DNA of 64,000 bases from Selaginella moellendorffii (taxonomy: Eukaryota > Plantae > Lycopodiophyta): assembly GCF_000143415.4 (NCBI RefSeq), contig NW_003314371.1, positions 343,798 to 407,797 on the forward strand. The letters are read 5' to 3'. Position 1 is the first letter of the stretch. Each line of letters begins with the position of its first letter. The translations under genes and the position numbers were made by a program. Below, one piece after another: positions 60,128-64,000 of this stretch. The notes under the pieces are model-generated. The model had not been told where the DNA came from. It was given only the letters and a program-made list of their open reading frames with translations, and searched no databases.

Positions 60128-63100
60128 ACTCACATCTGTATCCTAGAAAGTGCCTTTGCACGGCATGCAGGTCTTCGATTAGACTCGCACTTCTCCTAGA
60201 ACATCATCGTGTGACCGGCGTGCTCTTTGAATGCTCAAGAACCCTAATCCTAAAATTAGCATTTGTACATAATACCCGCGGGCATCGGTTCCCCCCGCGG
60301 GGTGTAATGCTGTATACAACTCTGATTTGATACTTTTCTAAAGAAATGTGAAAAACAATATAGTTTATATGAGAAATTGGACTTCATGCTATAAAACCAT
60401 GTTATAACCATGTTAGCTTGTATTATTGTATAAAAGGCATTATTATTGATGTTATTGTTGATACTTGAAACTAAGACAAAGCAAGAAGATCACTGTCTGG
60501 AGCAAGGTAGAAATTCATTCACAGGGACGCAATGCAAGCTTAGATATTCTAGATAATTTTTGTTTACATCTATTTTATTTTCTGTTCACTATCTATTTTT
60601 CATAATTACTTATGAAGTTTATGGTTATTTAATTGTAACATTATTTCTTACATTAATTAGGTTGGTTTTGTATTCATTGTCACGCCGATGTTCCTATGCT
60701 GACTCACTTTTTCACATTTTTTCACAATAACCATGCCTTGCTCCTAAAGGCCATTAGTACTACAATCAATTTGGGCAAAATGTTTTCTAGTAGTGGGGTG
60801 TTTTCTTCTCGGGCCACGTGAGTTCTAGTACATTTTTCTCAGACATGTATGATCAGCCCCTTCTGAAATACTATGACATGGTAGAATCCCCTAATGCCAC
60901 TAACTGGGGTATGCTGATGTGGTGTAGCATGTTCTGAAGAATATGCTAACCAGGTGGCAGGTGGATGTCTAACAAAGGAGGATCAATAACAAAGGAGTGG
61001 GCAGCAGTAGGTAAGTCTCTAACTATGGTGACTGTTGCAAGAAAGAGTAGCTGCTGCCATTCTTGCAACTATTTCTTGTTGACCTATGCTCTTCCTTATC
61101 TCCTTTGGCCATTTTAGACACCTTTCTACGTCTGGATCACAATAGCCTCTCGGTCACCAAAAGCAAAGTGTTGTGTTTAAAAAGGTTGTATGTTGTGTTT
61201 AACGACATGTATGTGCCACTGGCTCAATAGCAGGGACAAGTCAATAAACTCCTATATTCCATTTTCTTTTGCTACACTCCATTGGTGCAATCCGGGACAA
61301 CAGATATGTGTTCCCCTAAAGTTTAGTATTGTTTTGGAGATATCTAATGCATTTTGTTGCAGGCGATGGAAACAAAACTTGCAAAATGAGTTTGAGATCC
61401 ATTTGGCCGGTCTCACAGACCGTGCAAGCAAACTCCAATAGACCTTGAAGGATCCAATTTTAACCGGGGAGTGCAAGTGACAGTGAGTCTTAAGTCTGCA
61501 CACATACTGAGACATCTGTGATGCCACATTTATCAAACTGCAACAAACAAGATAACACTAAGTGTAAGCCAATTCCTTCCAAGGTGTGTGTAAAACGTGG
61601 TCGACATATGAAGTTGTTTCTATCAAGGACTGAAAAGCATTCTAACATGCCACTTTTCAAATGCTTGACTAAGGTGAGTTTACTATATGTATAGATTATG
61701 AACTTACAGTGCTCTTCCAAGAGTGCAACAACTTTGAGTGGGTTTCAGATTGCCTGAAAAGTGGAAGTCCGATTCTAATAACCACAATAAGAAGAGGTGG
61801 TGTGGTGCTTTAGATCACTGGATACAAGACTGTTCATATCCTCCTGCAAAGGATATGTAGAGTTCATATGGTTTCACAGATGCCAAATGAAGCCCCTCCT
61901 AAACGTAGAGTAGGAGAGGCACTACCCAAATGAGTAGATTCACAACTGGAAGCAGCAAATCCGCCACCCCAAGCAGCAGAGTCGATAAAACAAGAAATGG
62001 TGGTTTCACCACCTCTGCCTGAGAAAAATGACTATTAGTAGTACCAATGTAAATTATAATGTTTACTTTGTAGGACTCTTTTTCATATGTAATATCAGGA
62101 CTTGGATTTAAGGTTCTGAAGCATTTTGTTCCCCATGAACTAATTTAAGCCTCGTATGCTTCGACAGTATAAAACTTCACGTTCATATAAGGTTTATACT
62201 TAGACATCGCACCAAGGCATCAAATTTGCCAATAGTTAGCTATATATGTAGCTAAAAAAACTACTGACCATCATGGAGGCCAACCTCATTTAGCAGCTGA
62301 AGCACAAACATAAGCTTCTCGGATGCAATTGCCACTTTCAGCTGCTCTTCGTACTTCATGAAGCAGGACAAAGTCCACATCTCCTTTAGCATGTTCCTTG
62401 ATGGTAACATACCCATATCCTCACTCCCATTTCCATTTTCCTTGTGAATTATGTGCATGATAGCCGCCATTGACTTCCTTTATTACAGTATGGCAAGCTA
62501 CTGCTTCACGCTCAAAGCCAGTCTGCGATGGACTCTGACGACACTTCAACAATTTCCACATGCCGTTTCGGAGGGCTGAGAGGTGGGCCAACCTCAAAGT
62601 CAACCTCAACATAAACAATACAAACCTTGATTGACTCTGTGGACTCTGCAAGACTCCCACTCTTGAGATAACTCTTGGGAGTTTGCAAGCGTCTGCATGG
62701 GAGTCTCTCAAGGCTCCAGCAGATGTTGTAGTGTTCACCACTTCAAATGGGACAGTCATAGGCACATGAAATGGAGTAGGTGGTACACCTGGGCTGAAGG
62801 GAAAATCCAACTGTCATATAGAACTCTGCATAAGGATCCATAGAGGGAATATCTTTTGAGGTGGGAAAGTTGGTACTAGAAGTTGCAAACACTTCTGTAG
62901 ATCATGTAGATTGGCCTGGTGGGAGATAGCCTGCCCAACTTTTTTTGGTGGGATCCTATGATGGAGCTCCTATTGAAATGATCCCCTACAACATTCAAAG
63001 CTTGGTCATTGTTTGTCAAGAAGGCTGAAGCACCACAAGATCAATGCAGCAGTGGAGACGCTGAAAGGTTGCATACGTTGAGAGGCAACCTCCAACCCTA

Positions 63101-63297
63101 GATGCCATTCATCCTCTTAACTTTGAAGTGGAAGGAAAACTAATATATAGTGCAAAAGCATGGAGAGCTCTAATGTTTTCAATTTTCAATGATAGGCATG
63201 CTTCACTAAAGTGGTTATTAACTTCAACTTCCTAGAAGTATTGTATTATACTTCAAAAAATGAAATTGAGAATTTTAACTATATCATAGTAGCTAGT

Positions 63298-64000
63298 TGT
63301 AAGTTATAAATTTTTCCTTTCCAATTTACCAACTTACTTCGTCTATCCAACCAATACTGCCTTCCTTAGCTAAGTTCCTTTGCCAAAGTTCCCACCTATT
63401 ATACCAACTTTTACTTGGTCTTACTTGGTTTCAACTATTCATTACATGAGCAACGGAGCATTAGCCATCCATCCCCAAATTCCCAATCTTTCCTAATCCC
63501 CCTCTCCAGGTTAGACTGAACTTAAGGTTCGGCTACACTCCTTGCAGGCACAAGTAGCCAAGCACACCAAGCCTCCAAATCCCTAATATCCCTTGGTACA
63601 ACAACACTTGATCATAGAACCCTCTAAATCCCAAGCCTTGGGTGTAATATTTACTTCAAGACGTCAGAGGGAAACACTGTAGCCTAACGGCCCAATATGG
63701 GTACCCCTACTCCCCCACTTCCATCCCGAAGGGAAGGCCCAAGCCCCTAAAAAGGGCAAGGACCAATGAGCTGCAAAGTACTTAAGTGGGGCACCATTCC
63801 ATATGAGCTAGGAGCACTATAATCAGTTTCCCTTCCAGGAGTGAAAGTTGCTCTTATGCACTTTTTAGGGTGGCCCTTCCGGCACCACCCAAGTCTATGG
63901 TCAGTAGTCAGTTTGGAAGCACCATTGGAGAGTTCCTTCAAGACTGATTCCCAAACCTCACTATCTGTACTTTACTTTTGGAACCCCCTGCACCCCCCCC
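63298..64000 (-). mobile_element. 3' LTR of an LTR retrotransposon that continues beyond the window
   Basis: On the minus strand, a poly-G PPT (63993-64000) is immediately followed by TGCAGG.. and ends ..CTTACA at 63298; homologous to 56101-56664. Confidence 0.75.

Noticed and set aside
56101-63992. Inverted ~600-bp repeats flanking the nuclease-kinase gene as TIRs of a Pack-MULE-like element
   Set aside because: Both have TG..CA ends, one follows a poly-G PPT, and they are very unequally diverged; better explained as independent LTRs in opposite orientation.

Overview
Eukaryotic, gene-dense plant genomic DNA. The many 45-70 nt introns, tiny intergenic spacers and PLS-type PPRs point to a lycophyte such as Selaginella (inference). 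1-28 kb is a compact gene run: a multi-exon EF-hand protein with DIxGA/NPLxPxY repeats (possibly ciliary), a U3 snoRNA gene with a Pol III-type USE/TATA promoter, a truncated intronless PRP31 copy, a Pol V largest subunit (NRPE1-like, with DFDGD site, GW Ago-hook repeats and DeCL domain), an RMA1-type RING E3, a MOM1-like pseudo-SNF2 silencing factor that carries a spliced CW zinc finger, NFRKB, two PPRs and ICME. 28-50 kb is a local tandem segmental duplication (Ole e 1/extensin genes, SRS2 helicase, a small MPLHYPRY protein family) showing reciprocal pseudogenisation, plus an inserted orphan gene. 50-64 kb is AT-rich decayed LTR-retrotransposon DNA containing one intact Crinkler-like gene (ubiquitin-like header + PD-(D/E)xK nuclease + kinase). 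Exon boundaries were read by eye and are approximate. No database searches were run.
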